From positions 32,789 through 96,788 of the forward strand of contig CAZQBX010000006.1 of assembly GCA_964592145.1 (NCBI GenBank): a stretch of 64,000 nt of DNA, written 5' to 3'. Within the stretch, counting starts at the first letter, position 1. The number at the start of each line of letters is the position of its first letter. Made by a program: the position numbers and the translations under genes. The DNA comes from an uncultured Ignavibacteria bacterium (GTDB lineage: Bacteria > Zixibacteria > MSB-5A5 > CAIYYT01). Shown piece by piece: positions 26,356-35,632 of this stretch. The notes beneath the pieces were generated by a model. The model did not search any database. It was not told the DNA's origin and was given only the letters and a program-made list of their open reading frames with translations.

Positions 26356-27027
26356 TCAGATTTTTTCACCCGAGGCGATTGATTCCAGGTGTTCGTGGTC
26401 AAGGATCGTGATGCGTTTGCCTTCGACGGCAATGACTTCTAAGTCCTTGAGCTTCTTCAAGCTGCGCGACAGGGTCTCGCTGATAGTCGCCAACTCCGTG
26501 GCCAGTTCGCTCTTGGTTACATCAAGTTCGAAACTATCGGTCTTGAGTTTTTGCTGTTGGCGCAAGAGGTAGGTCGCCAGCCGGGCGGGCACTTCCTTGA
26601 GCGACAGGTCCTCGAGTTTTGCCGCAAATTCGCGCAGCCAGCGGGCCAGACTCCCGATGATTTTAAGCGAGATATTGGGATACTTCGTTATCAGGGCAAT
26701 GAACTGATCCTTCGGGATGAATGCCGCTTCGGAATCCTCCATCGCCATGCAATTCGCCGGATATGTCTTGCCGCGAAAGATCGCCGCCTCCGCGAACATC
26801 TGCCCCGGTGTGATCTGATGAAGCGTGAACTCCTTGCCGTCAGGTGAAGACTTGTAGATTCGTACCCTGCCAGAAAGCAGCACAAAGAAACCGTTTGCCG
26901 GATCACCCTCGAAAAAGAGCATCGATTCGCCGTCAAAGCGACGCAATTGAGTGATGTCCCGCAATGACTCAAACTCCTGCGGATCGAGTTCGCGAAACAA
27001 CGGCGCGTTCTGAAGAAGTTTCTCCAT
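26356..27027 (-). CDS. Crp/Fnr family transcriptional regulator (no N-terminal Cys cluster; Dnr/NnrR-like)
   Basis: 223 aa with a cNMP-binding beta-barrel and a C-terminal HTH (ATELATISETLSRSLKKL). No Fnr-type cysteines. Confidence 0.8.
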   Translation of the reverse strand: MEKLLQNAPLFRELDPQEFESLRDITQLRRFDGESMLFFEGDPANGFFVLLSGRVRIYKSSPDGKEFTLHQITPGQMFAEAAIFRGKTYPANCMAMEDSEAAFIPKDQFIALITKYPNISLKIIGSLARWLREFAAKLEDLSLKEVPARLATYLLRQQQKLKTDSFELDVTKSELATELATISETLSRSLKKLKDLEVIAVEGKRITILDHEHLESIASGEKI

Positions 27028-27126
27028 GGCGCTAAATGGATAGGGAAAATTGTCGCGTTCGACAAGGAGAAAGGAGAGTCTTCAAGACAGTTCAAGTAAC
27101 GCAGATCTTCATATCAGTAACCTATG

Positions 27127-27402
27127 TCAGTTTAGGCGTCTGATTATAAAGAGCAGAATCACCATGACCAGGGCCACATTAATCGAAATAATCCAGTGAT
27201 AAAATAGCGGGCCGATCTTCCCGGTTTCAGTTTTCGTAATCTGCTTGTAATGATCGGCGTACCAGGGAAGCATTATGCGAAACCAGACGAAGTTCACATC
27301 CTCGCCGCGCCGGCGAAGATCTGCATAAATCATGATGCTGGTAACAACGTACCACGCTACGCAGATGCCGGCGAATATGGTAAGTATCATCATGTAGTTC
27401 AT
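27127..27402 (-). CDS. Small hypothetical membrane protein
   Basis: 91 aa with two predicted TM helices flanking a short basic loop. Confidence 0.4.
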   Translation of the reverse strand: MNYMMILTIFAGICVAWYVVTSIMIYADLRRRGEDVNFVWFRIMLPWYADHYKQITKTETGKIGPLFYHWIISINVALVMVILLFIIRRLN

Positions 27403-27730
27403 TTCCTCAAACTCCTAACTTTGGTCGGACTGCATCGCCAATTCAACTCCAATTGCAGACTCCTCCTACCTTACCTTCTCTACAATGAGAAGAAAATCTA
27501 CGCGGTGCGCCCACATGAATGCAATCGAGATGTTTGGCACAATTGAGATGACCTCACCTTCCAGTCCATTAAGGAACTGCTCCAATTGCTGTTGATCTCG
27601 ATTCATGCTGATTCTGAATTTGTGCACTCGGTATCCCATGAATCAGACTCCTTCTGATTTCTCGGTTCAGACTGCATTGCAGCTGCCGATTAATTCCGAT
27701 CACTCGCCCGCCCCCAGCCGGGCCGCGAAA

Positions 27731-28333
27731 TCACACAAACTCCACTTCCTGTCGATCCCGGAAGAATATCAGGGCGAGAATGACTGCCGACACCGGAATC
27801 AGGATCAGCGAAAACAGCGAAAACAATACACTCACTTCGCATATTCCCGCAATCATCGTCACATAGGCAAAACCGCGGACATACTCTCCCAAAGTTTCCT
27901 TGATCCGAAGCAGTCTTGATGCAATCATGATGTCGACTATTCCGATAGTAACCATCGCGGCAGTCATGAATACCAGCAGCGTGACCGCCATCACGATTGT
28001 CTTGACCGGCCAAAAAATCATCGCCAGGACATTGAGTCCAAGACCTACCACCTGGAAAACGATTGCCCACCAAATCGAGATGATGATCAGAAAATCAAGC
28101 TCGTGGTAGTTGTACCGCTCGTGCAACAACTTCCGAAACATCAGCAGCGTGTAAATCGATATCGCGGTAAACACGACCATCAACAGGTCGGAAGGTCCTA
28201 AAAATGGACGGTGTACGTCCATTAAACCGCCAGCCACCGCAGCCTCGACAATCCCGATGACAATCGCGACCGGAAACATCACTGCTTGAGCGATGGCAAG
28301 CCAACCGGCGAAACTGTACTTGCTCTCCTCCAT
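27731..28333 (-). CDS. Multi-pass membrane protein (DUF2975-like)
   Basis: 200 aa with 4-5 TM helices. It is immediately downstream of a small XRE-type HTH gene, the typical DUF2975/YozG pairing. Confidence 0.5.
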   Translation of the reverse strand: MEESKYSFAGWLAIAQAVMFPVAIVIGIVEAAVAGGLMDVHRPFLGPSDLLMVVFTAISIYTLLMFRKLLHERYNYHELDFLIIISIWWAIVFQVVGLGLNVLAMIFWPVKTIVMAVTLLVFMTAAMVTIGIVDIMIASRLLRIKETLGEYVRGFAYVTMIAGICEVSVLFSLFSLILIPVSAVILALIFFRDRQEVEFV

Positions 28334-28386
28334 ATTATTTCTCCCGAATTACGCACACGTTCTGTGTGGTTATTTCAATGAATCTA

Positions 28387-28641
28387 CTAAACGAAGTCCG
28401 GTACATACTCAAGGATGTCTCCCGGCTGACAATCAAGCTCACGACAAATTGCTTCAAGTGTACTAAACCTGATGCCTTTAACTTTTCCCGTCTTTAGAAG
28501 CGAAAGGTTCGTGACCGAGATTCCAATCCGTGCTGATAACTCCGTCAGCGACATCTTCTTCTTGACCAGAACCAGATCCAAATTGATTCGAGTTGCCATA
28601 TTTTGAACGACCATCCGTCTTCTCGTTAAACGACAAATCAT
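28387..28641 (-). CDS. XRE-family helix-turn-helix transcriptional regulator (YozG-like)
   Basis: HTH motif MSLTELSARIGISVTNLSLLKTGK. The start is uncertain and could be the internal Met at ~28599. Confidence 0.65.
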   Translation of the reverse strand: MICRLTRRRMVVQNMATRINLDLVLVKKKMSLTELSARIGISVTNLSLLKTGKVKGIRFSTLEAICRELDCQPGDILEYVPDFV

Positions 28642-29015
28642 TTATGTTTTACATAAATTACGTTAAGTAAGACAAAAAGTTGTTAATTATATCAATTTTT
28701 GACAAAAAATTCGTGGAGTTAACGTTTTGACCAACCTGCCATTCGTACCCAGAAACGGATATCGACCAGAGGTAAGTGAGTTGGGATTCCCATCGATATC
28801 AATATTGTGGTCAGTTCAAAAATGTCTCGAATTTCGACACTCGTTGTGATGACTTGGAACTATTTGTTGAACTGCGACTTTCGAAAATGCTCCATCATTT
28901 GTCTTGTTTGTCGACCCTTGCCACCGCAATTATTCACCCCTTCCGGGCTGAAATTGCTTAAATTGCCGTGTAATCTATGGCGACTATGTCGCCTTTACGA
29001 TGAGGTGTTTTCGCT

Positions 29016-29396
29016 TTGCCACAGTCCGATTCATCATTTTCGCCGGAAGTCATCAACCATTTCCTGCACCCGCGTAATGTCGGCACTGTCGACGATGCCA
29101 CTGCCGCTGTAGCCGTCGTAAATGAGATTTGCGGCGATAACTTACAGATGTCGGCGAAGGTTGCTGGCGGCAAGATTGAAGCGATCAAGTTCAAGTCCGA
29201 GGGCTGTGCCGTCGCGGTCGCATCGGCTTCCAAGTTGACTGTCGCCGTGATGGGCCGGTCGATTGCCGAAGCCGACCAGCTCGCAAAAGCTGCAGTCGCA
29301 TCAGTTCAACAAGGCACCCACAACGAAAAACAGCACTGCCTTGATATCGTCCTGCTGGCGTGGCAGCAATTGTTAGCTAAGATCAGTCTGAAATGA
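29016..29396 (+). CDS. NifU/IscU-like Fe-S cluster scaffold protein
   Basis: 126 aa with TTG start and GAGGTG SD. The N-terminus (HFLHPRNVG) parallels IscU (ENPRNVG). Conserved Cys residues lie at CGD and GCAV, plus an H..C near the C-terminus. Confidence 0.65.
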   Translation: MPQSDSSFSPEVINHFLHPRNVGTVDDATAAVAVVNEICGDNLQMSAKVAGGKIEAIKFKSEGCAVAVASASKLTVAVMGRSIAEADQLAKAAVASVQQGTHNEKQHCLDIVLLAWQQLLAKISLK

Positions 29397-29424
29397 ATTT
29401 ATTTCGTTATAGAGGAGAGCAAGT

Positions 29425-29922
29425 ATGACCGACGTGAACAAACAGGTTGAAGATATTATCAAGATCGGCATCAAAACCGAAATCGAAGGCCAGCACTTCT
29501 ATTCGACCCTGGCACAGAAGATCCAGAACAAGGACGCACGCAGAAAAATCGAGTCGTTGGCAATGGACGAGGTCAATCACGAACGGACCTTGCGCGCTTT
29601 GTACAAGAAATTCGTCGGTAAAGACGTATCAGATTTACCGGCCGAAGGTCTGGCGATTTTTAAGAACGCTTTTGGCGACGGACCACTTGCGGAAGCTGAC
29701 AAATTTCGTTTGATTGAGTTGGCAATGGAGGCCGAACGCCTCACGGCCAAACATTATGCGGACGGTGGAGCCAAAGCCACTGATCCACAAATTCGCAAAG
29801 TCTTCGCAGAACTTACGGAAGAAGAAGACGGCCACTACGATATGCTCGCCGCTGAACGCGAGTCGTTACGCGGCAATATCAATTGGTTCAGTTATGGCGA
29901 TTCTTCGATGATGGAAGAGTAG
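29425..29922 (+). CDS. Ferritin-like diiron protein (rubrerythrin/erythrin family, no rubredoxin domain)
   Basis: 165 aa with a four-helix ferritin-like pattern carrying E...ExxH pairs (EIEGQHFY, DEVNHERT, MEAERLTAKHY, EEEDGHYDML). Confidence 0.7.
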   Translation: MTDVNKQVEDIIKIGIKTEIEGQHFYSTLAQKIQNKDARRKIESLAMDEVNHERTLRALYKKFVGKDVSDLPAEGLAIFKNAFGDGPLAEADKFRLIELAMEAERLTAKHYADGGAKATDPQIRKVFAELTEEEDGHYDMLAAERESLRGNINWFSYGDSSMMEE

Positions 29923-29996
29923 CCGGTAACCCTCCCGCAGCGTTGCGTAGGTTGGGAGTTCATAAGGTAGATAGAGATTTTTTGGAGGAATAGAAA

Positions 29997-30665
29997 ATGT
30001 CAACCGAAGTATACGACATCACGATAATCGGTGGCGGCCCGGCGGGACTCTTTGCCTCGTTTTATGCGGGCCTGCGCGATGCCAAAACCAAGGTCATCGA
30101 ATCTACCAACGAGCTGGGCGGCGCACTGGTGCACGAGTATCCCAACGAAGTCCTGCGCGATGTCGCGGGATTCGTTTTGATCACCGCCAAGAAGCTTGCC
30201 GAAAACTTCATCGAACAGGCGACGATGTACGAACACGCCATCTGCAAGAACGAGACTGTCAGCGCACTCGAGTTCGACAAGGCGACCAAGGTCTGGACGG
30301 TGACCACCAATAAAGGCGCTCACAAATCCAAAGCCGTTGTCCTCGCCCTCGGTACGATGGAAAAGGTCCAGACCAAGAGCAAACTGCTTGTCGAATCACT
30401 GAAGAAGAACGGCGTGAAAATCAACGAACAGGGAATCGCCGTCGATGCGACGATGAACGCCGGCATGCCGGGACTCTATGCCTGCGGCGACGTCATTAGC
30501 AAAGCCAAGGAATTGAACTTCATCTCTATGGCTACCGCCGAAGCCGCTATGGCTGTCAATAACGCCAAGAAATACGTCAATCCCGAAGCCGATACTTTCC
30601 CCGGCTATTCAACCGATATCCGCAAGGACAAGCCGAATTACCATACCAATCCGTTAGCGGATTAA
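29997..30665 (+). CDS. Short FAD-dependent oxidoreductase, thioredoxin-reductase-like but lacking the NADPH-binding domain
   Basis: 222 aa with an FAD GxGxxG motif (IIGGGPAGLFAS) and a C-terminal GDV flavin motif (LYACGDV). No second Rossmann domain was found. Confidence 0.55.
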   Translation: MSTEVYDITIIGGGPAGLFASFYAGLRDAKTKVIESTNELGGALVHEYPNEVLRDVAGFVLITAKKLAENFIEQATMYEHAICKNETVSALEFDKATKVWTVTTNKGAHKSKAVVLALGTMEKVQTKSKLLVESLKKNGVKINEQGIAVDATMNAGMPGLYACGDVISKAKELNFISMATAEAAMAVNNAKKYVNPEADTFPGYSTDIRKDKPNYHTNPLAD

Positions 30666-30761
30666 ATAAGTCATCAGCAAGACGCGAACGCGCGTCAGGC
30701 ATAATTCCAGCGGCAGGAGAAAACTCCTGCCGCTCTCTTTTTTGCACTTGATTGTTGGGAA

Positions 30762-31559
30762 CTAAAGAATGCAATTACTGCAGAGGGCAGGCCCTCCGCC
30801 AAATATGTAGTTCACAATATAAACAACATCCGAGACGTTTACAATACCACTGCAGTCGGCATCGGCCGCCGGATCATACACCGGAGGCGGCCCGCCCAGA
30901 AATATGTAGTTGACGATATACACGACATCCGAGACAGTCACTCCGCCGTTGCCGTCCGCGTCTCCGCAAGGAGGACAATCCGTGAAGATTCCTCCGTCGA
31001 CTGACGTGAACGCGATCAATGTTCCGGTCGGATCAGAGAAATGCGTTTGCGGAACTGATAGTACTCCCTGGACGGATGATCTGCAAATCGTGTCGGGTAA
31101 GGTCGCCTGCCACAGAAAGTTCAACTTGAAAATTTCGCGCAACTCACTGTGCGGAGGAAGTGGTTGATGCAAGGATTGGTTATAGAGGCCGACTATGCGA
31201 TAAGCAAGCCCGCCGAATAGGTTCTGCCCCGCCACTACCCAATCCGTAAGTACCGAGCCTCCCAGATCCAGTGGATTGATTGTATCAATCACTGCCACTT
31301 CAGGATTTGACAGTACAATGACCATTTCGAATCCGACAAGTGAATCCTGATCATTCCTGATTCGAAATGGAATCTGCAGATTGGTTGAATTCGGAAGTAC
31401 TCGAATACTGTCTCCGACAAGCAAAATACTACCTTTCGGTTTGGAAGCCGAAGATGTCTCCACGATACCAATTAGGCAGACAGACAGGAACACCGAAACG
31501 TTCACCAACCTTCTGGAAAAAACGCCAGAACGTCGCCCTGTCGGATACAACAGAGACAT
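30762..31559 (-). CDS. Secreted hypothetical protein with a C-terminal dockerin-like repeat pair
   Basis: Start chosen at MSLLYPTG. It has a signal peptide. The C-terminus GDADGNGGVTVSDVVYIVNYIFLGG ... DADCSGIVNVSDVVYIVNYIFGGG is a type-I dockerin-like duplicated Ca-binding motif. Confidence 0.6.
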   Translation of the reverse strand: MSLLYPTGRRSGVFSRRLVNVSVFLSVCLIGIVETSSASKPKGSILLVGDSIRVLPNSTNLQIPFRIRNDQDSLVGFEMVIVLSNPEVAVIDTINPLDLGGSVLTDWVVAGQNLFGGLAYRIVGLYNQSLHQPLPPHSELREIFKLNFLWQATLPDTICRSSVQGVLSVPQTHFSDPTGTLIAFTSVDGGIFTDCPPCGDADGNGGVTVSDVVYIVNYIFLGGPPPVYDPAADADCSGIVNVSDVVYIVNYIFGGGPALCSNCIL

Positions 31560-31810
31560 AGACGGTCCTTTCGCCTGAATTGAAAACGAACCTGTGAAGA
31601 TTACAATTCGAAAGTAACCAAAATCGAGCAATAAGTCAAGTTCATTCGGCTGGCGGTTATCTTGATGCTCGGCTTAAGCAAAACGCAAGACAATCGCTAT
31701 CCCCCCCTTTTTTCCATTGACACCCCTCCCCAAATCTCTATCTTGACCAATCCAGTCAGGATTGTGGAACTGATGGATAGATATTGTCGTTAATCTCCCG
31801 GAGGATATTG

Positions 31811-32116
31811 ATGTTTGTCATGATGAATCGCATGTCGGTGCCGGACGAGTACCGCGAGAAGTTCGAACAGATGTTCGCCACCCGCGCCAAGGCCGTCGAT
31901 CGCCGCCCCGGTTTTATCAAAGCTGAAATTCTCAAGCCCACCCATGGCAATGAATATATCGTGATGACACACTGGGAATCGGAATCCGATTTCGAAGGCT
32001 GGACCAAGAGCCCCGAATACGTCGAAGGCCATCGCCGCGTCGGCGAATTTAAGGGCCCGGACGGCAAGATTGTCCTGACTTCAAAGGTCGAGAAGTATGA
32101 AGTCTTCGCCTCTTAA
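31811..32116 (+). CDS. ABM (antibiotic biosynthesis monooxygenase / IsdG-like) family protein
   Basis: ATG at 31811 preceded by GGAGG. It has a ~100-aa ferredoxin-like fold (VMTHWESESDFEGW). Confidence 0.65.
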   Translation: MFVMMNRMSVPDEYREKFEQMFATRAKAVDRRPGFIKAEILKPTHGNEYIVMTHWESESDFEGWTKSPEYVEGHRRVGEFKGPDGKIVLTSKVEKYEVFAS

Positions 32117-32402
32117 CGGCGCTGCCGAAGAAAACGAGATCGCGTTAGAGACCGGTGCGAAATCGTCGCTGTGGCGGCGTTTCAAGGACTTCCTGAAGCA
32201 GTTTAAGCGCGACTTGCGCGAACCGCTTCCCGAAACCGCCAACCTGCCGCGCTGGGGTAAGATCAAGGCCCGCTTCCGCCATCTGTTCAAACGCTATGGC
32301 TGGAAGCTGTTGATTGCCATCTGTGTCTACTACCTGATCCGCGACGGCATCCTCTACATCCTGATCCCCTACCTCGTCGCTAAGAAGCTGCTGATTGACT
32401 AA
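32097..32402 (+). CDS. Small hypothetical protein with a C-terminal TM helix
   Basis: 101 aa with a basic N-terminal half and a hydrophobic C-terminus (LLIAICVYYLI). It overlaps the upstream stop. Confidence 0.4.
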   Translation: MKSSPLNGAAEENEIALETGAKSSLWRRFKDFLKQFKRDLREPLPETANLPRWGKIKARFRHLFKRYGWKLLIAICVYYLIRDGILYILIPYLVAKKLLID

Positions 32403-32474
32403 TCAGCCGAAATAGCTATATTCGAACTCACGGGCGCACCGAATGCGCCCTTATTGATTATTTGAGGAACTGGG

Positions 32475-33833
32475 ATGGACAAGGCAACAACAAACGGCAA
32501 CGGACAATTGGTGACCGACAGACAAACTCGGCACAAATCCGTCTTTGTCGAAACTTACGGCTGCCAGATGAACGAGTACGACTCGGAAATCGTGCGCGAA
32601 ATCCTTCGCCGCAACGACTTCACCCTCGCCGAATCCGTCGACTCCGCCGGTGTCATCCTGCTCAACACTTGCGCCATCCGTGAAGGCGCCCATGACAAAA
32701 TTCGTTCCCGCATTGGTGAACTAAGGCATATCAAGAAACAGAACAAAGGCACGATTCTTGGTGTCCTTGGATGCATGGCACAGAACCTCAAAAAGGAACT
32801 GCTCGAGGACAACACCGGAGTCGACCTGATCGCCGGCCCTGACTCGTACAAAGCCCTTCCGGTGATGATCGACCGCGTCCACAATACCGGCGAGCGCGAA
32901 TTCAAGTTGACTCTATCGGAGTACGAAACTTACGCCGATGTCTTCCCGACCAACCGTCACGGCACCAATGCCTGGATCGCCGTGATGCGTGGCTGTGACA
33001 ATTACTGCACCTTCTGTGTGGTCCCGATGACACGTGGCCGCGAACGTAGCCGCGATCCCTACAATGTCATTGAAGAAGTCAAACAACTGACTGCGCACGG
33101 CTTTAAACAAGTAACCTTGTTGGGACAAAACGTCAATTCCTACAAATTCAAGGGCTTCGACTTCGCCAAGCTGATCACCGCCGTCAGCCGCATCGACGGC
33201 ATCGAGCGGATTCGCTTTACGTCACCGCATCCAAAGGACTTTCCCGAATCGCTCTTGGAAGTCGTCGCCAACAATCCCAAAGCCTGCAAGCATATTCACT
33301 TGCCGCTTCAGGCCGGCTCAAACCGCGTCCTCGACGCCATGAACCGCACCTACACCCGCGAGTACTTCGTCGAACTCGCAGAGCGTATGCGCGCACTCAT
33401 CCCCGGACTGGTTCTCACGACCGATGTTATCGTCGGCTTCCCAACCGAAACCGAGGACGAATTCCAGGAGACGCTCGCGGTAATGCAGGAGGTCAAGTTT
33501 GACTCTGCATTCATGTTCAAGTATTCCGAGCGCAAAGAAACCATGGCTTCGCGCACGATGCCCGATGATATCTCCGACGAAATCAAAACCGACCGCATCG
33601 TCCGTCTGGTCGACCAACAGCGGCATATCTCCTATCAGCGCAATCAGCTTCATTTGGGAGAGACCTTTAACGTCATGGTCGAGGGCTACGGCAAAAAACC
33701 GAAGCAACTCCTTGGCCGCAACGACGGCAACAAAATCGTGGTCTTCCCAGACACCGGCGCCAAACCCGGCGACTTCGTCATGGTCAAGATCGAGGAAGTC
33801 ACCCCCAACACCCTGATCGGTACAGCAGTTTAA
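32475..33833 (+). CDS. miaB: tRNA-2-methylthio-N6-dimethylallyladenosine synthase MiaB (radical SAM methylthiotransferase)
   Basis: 452 aa with MTTase N-terminal TYGCQMN, radical SAM CDNYCTFC and a C-terminal TRAM domain. Confidence 0.9.
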   Translation: MDKATTNGNGQLVTDRQTRHKSVFVETYGCQMNEYDSEIVREILRRNDFTLAESVDSAGVILLNTCAIREGAHDKIRSRIGELRHIKKQNKGTILGVLGCMAQNLKKELLEDNTGVDLIAGPDSYKALPVMIDRVHNTGEREFKLTLSEYETYADVFPTNRHGTNAWIAVMRGCDNYCTFCVVPMTRGRERSRDPYNVIEEVKQLTAHGFKQVTLLGQNVNSYKFKGFDFAKLITAVSRIDGIERIRFTSPHPKDFPESLLEVVANNPKACKHIHLPLQAGSNRVLDAMNRTYTREYFVELAERMRALIPGLVLTTDVIVGFPTETEDEFQETLAVMQEVKFDSAFMFKYSERKETMASRTMPDDISDEIKTDRIVRLVDQQRHISYQRNQLHLGETFNVMVEGYGKKPKQLLGRNDGNKIVVFPDTGAKPGDFVMVKIEEVTPNTLIGTAV

Positions 33834-34048
33834 TCAGTCCTCCGCATGTGTGCGAACTACGAAGTTCTCACTCTGTGTAAGTTCCAATGTCGAGTCAGTA
33901 CGTAGGCCGAGCCCCTCTTTGGGGCTAGACAAAAATAAGATTCGGCCGGCAGTCACTCACGTCCGTATCAACATGTCAGCAATGCAGATCATCTGAAATG
34001 CGATTGACCGTCATTGCGAGTTCTTACAAGCTATGACATTAACTTCTT

Positions 34049-34525
34049 ATGAAGAGGAAGACTATGCCTCTGGTACAGAAAATCAGCGATCAGCTCAAGC
34101 GCGCCATGTACGGCGACGCCTGGCACGGACCATCAGTCCTCGAAACCCTCGAAGGCGTCTCGGCCGAACAGGCATTAAGCAAGCATGTCGAAAATGCCCA
34201 TAGTATTTGGGAAATCACCCTGCACATTACCGCGTGGTTTCGTATTGTGGCACTCCGCCTCGAAGGCAAAGATCCCGAGGTTACGCGGGAGATCGACTGG
34301 CCCGCTATAACCGATCCATCGACAAAAGCCTGGACTGCGGCAATTGCCGACTTGAAACGCGCTCACAAGGAATACCAACGTGTCGCCGACACCATCGGTG
34401 AAAGAGAACTCTTTGTGGAATTACCGGGCCGGGGATTCGATCTCTATCATCTCTATCACGGAATGATCCAGCACTGCCTCTACCATGCCGGTCAAATCGC
34501 GATTCTGAAAAAAGCCCTGGCTTAG
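34049..34525 (+). CDS. DinB-superfamily (DinB_2) protein
   Basis: 158 aa with a four-helix bundle and His triad (H...H...H) in the DinB/YfiT pattern. Confidence 0.7.
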   Translation: MKRKTMPLVQKISDQLKRAMYGDAWHGPSVLETLEGVSAEQALSKHVENAHSIWEITLHITAWFRIVALRLEGKDPEVTREIDWPAITDPSTKAWTAAIADLKRAHKEYQRVADTIGERELFVELPGRGFDLYHLYHGMIQHCLYHAGQIAILKKALA

Positions 34526-35100
34526 CGAGTTGTCAGACTTGACGGCTGACGTGACGACGACTGCAGGAGAAAGTCAAGCGCGGCAGGTTGGGCGCCCGTC
34601 TCGAGTTCAATCAAGTACTGCTTGCGCCAGAGGCCGCCGCCGTAACCGCGCAACTTGCCGTTGGCTTCGATCACGCGATGGCAGGGAATCACAATCGATA
34701 GGTAGTTGGCGCCGTTTGCCCGTCCTACCGCTCGCGAAGCATTAACGTTCCCCATTCGGCGAGCCAGCTCGCCGTAGGAAATTGTCGTTCCATACGGAAT
34801 CTTCATCAACCGCTCCCAATCGCGCAATTCAAACGGCGTGCCCTTTACATCCACCGGCACTGAGAACTTCTCAAGTTTCCCCTGGAAGTACTTTTCCAAT
34901 TCCGAATTCAGCAACTTAAGATAACGGTTGCTCCCCTCTTCCAAACGCGCACGGTAACGCTTGACCACCCGCTCCTTGATCCGCTCCACACCGCCCCGAT
35001 CGTGCCATTCCAGAAAACAAACTCCCGTTTCCGTGGCGCCGGCAATCATTTCGCCCAATGGACTTTCGAAATTGCAGTAGACGATCTTAGTTTCGTTCAT
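34522..35100 (-). CDS. ogt: Methylated-DNA-protein-cysteine methyltransferase (Ogt / AdaB-like)
   Basis: Active site IPCHRV and a DNA-binding HTH. Start chosen at MNETKIVY. It overlaps the adaA-like gene by 14 nt. Confidence 0.85.
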   Translation of the reverse strand: MNETKIVYCNFESPLGEMIAGATETGVCFLEWHDRGGVERIKERVVKRYRARLEEGSNRYLKLLNSELEKYFQGKLEKFSVPVDVKGTPFELRDWERLMKIPYGTTISYGELARRMGNVNASRAVGRANGANYLSIVIPCHRVIEANGKLRGYGGGLWRKQYLIELETGAQPAALDFLLQSSSRQPSSLTTR

Positions 35101-35632
35101 AAAATGCTCCCGGTGGTTTGCCGAATTGTTTGGTGAACGCGTCGCGGAATCCCGATGCCGATTCATAGCCGCATTCGTAACAAGCAGACAGGTAGTCATT
35201 CCCCTGCTCGATGAATTCGCGGGCAAAGTTCAATCGGATACGCCGGTGAAATCCCAGCGGCGTGGCGTTCAGATGTTGTTTAAAATACCGTCGAATTGTC
35301 GAGATGTCGACTCCGCTAAGTTTGATCAAGGCGATTTCGTTGAGCCGGTCCTGTCGGTGCTCGCGCATGTACCGAAGTACACGATGCAGCCACTCGGGCA
35401 AGTAATCAGGATACCGCTCCGCCGCACAACGCTTGCAGCTCCGCAATCCCGCTGCAATCGCCTCCTCGCGCGTCGAATAGAAAACGACATTCTTGAGCAG
35501 CGGCTTGCGGGCCTTGCACGACGGCAGGCAATAGATTCCGGTCGAGTGAACACCGACGTAGAACTTGCCGTCGAACCCGGCATCCTTGCTCATCATGGCC
35601 TCGACCATCCGGCGATAATCAGTTTGTTTCAT
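35087..35632 (-). CDS. adaA: Ada regulatory N-terminal domain protein (methylphosphotriester methyltransferase Zn-binding domain + AraC-type HTH; AdaA-like)
   Basis: 181 aa with Cys4 zinc motifs (CLPSCKARKP...CKRC) followed by an AraC HTH. Confidence 0.8.
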   Translation of the reverse strand: MKQTDYRRMVEAMMSKDAGFDGKFYVGVHSTGIYCLPSCKARKPLLKNVVFYSTREEAIAAGLRSCKRCAAERYPDYLPEWLHRVLRYMREHRQDRLNEIALIKLSGVDISTIRRYFKQHLNATPLGFHRRIRLNFAREFIEQGNDYLSACYECGYESASGFRDAFTKQFGKPPGAFYERN

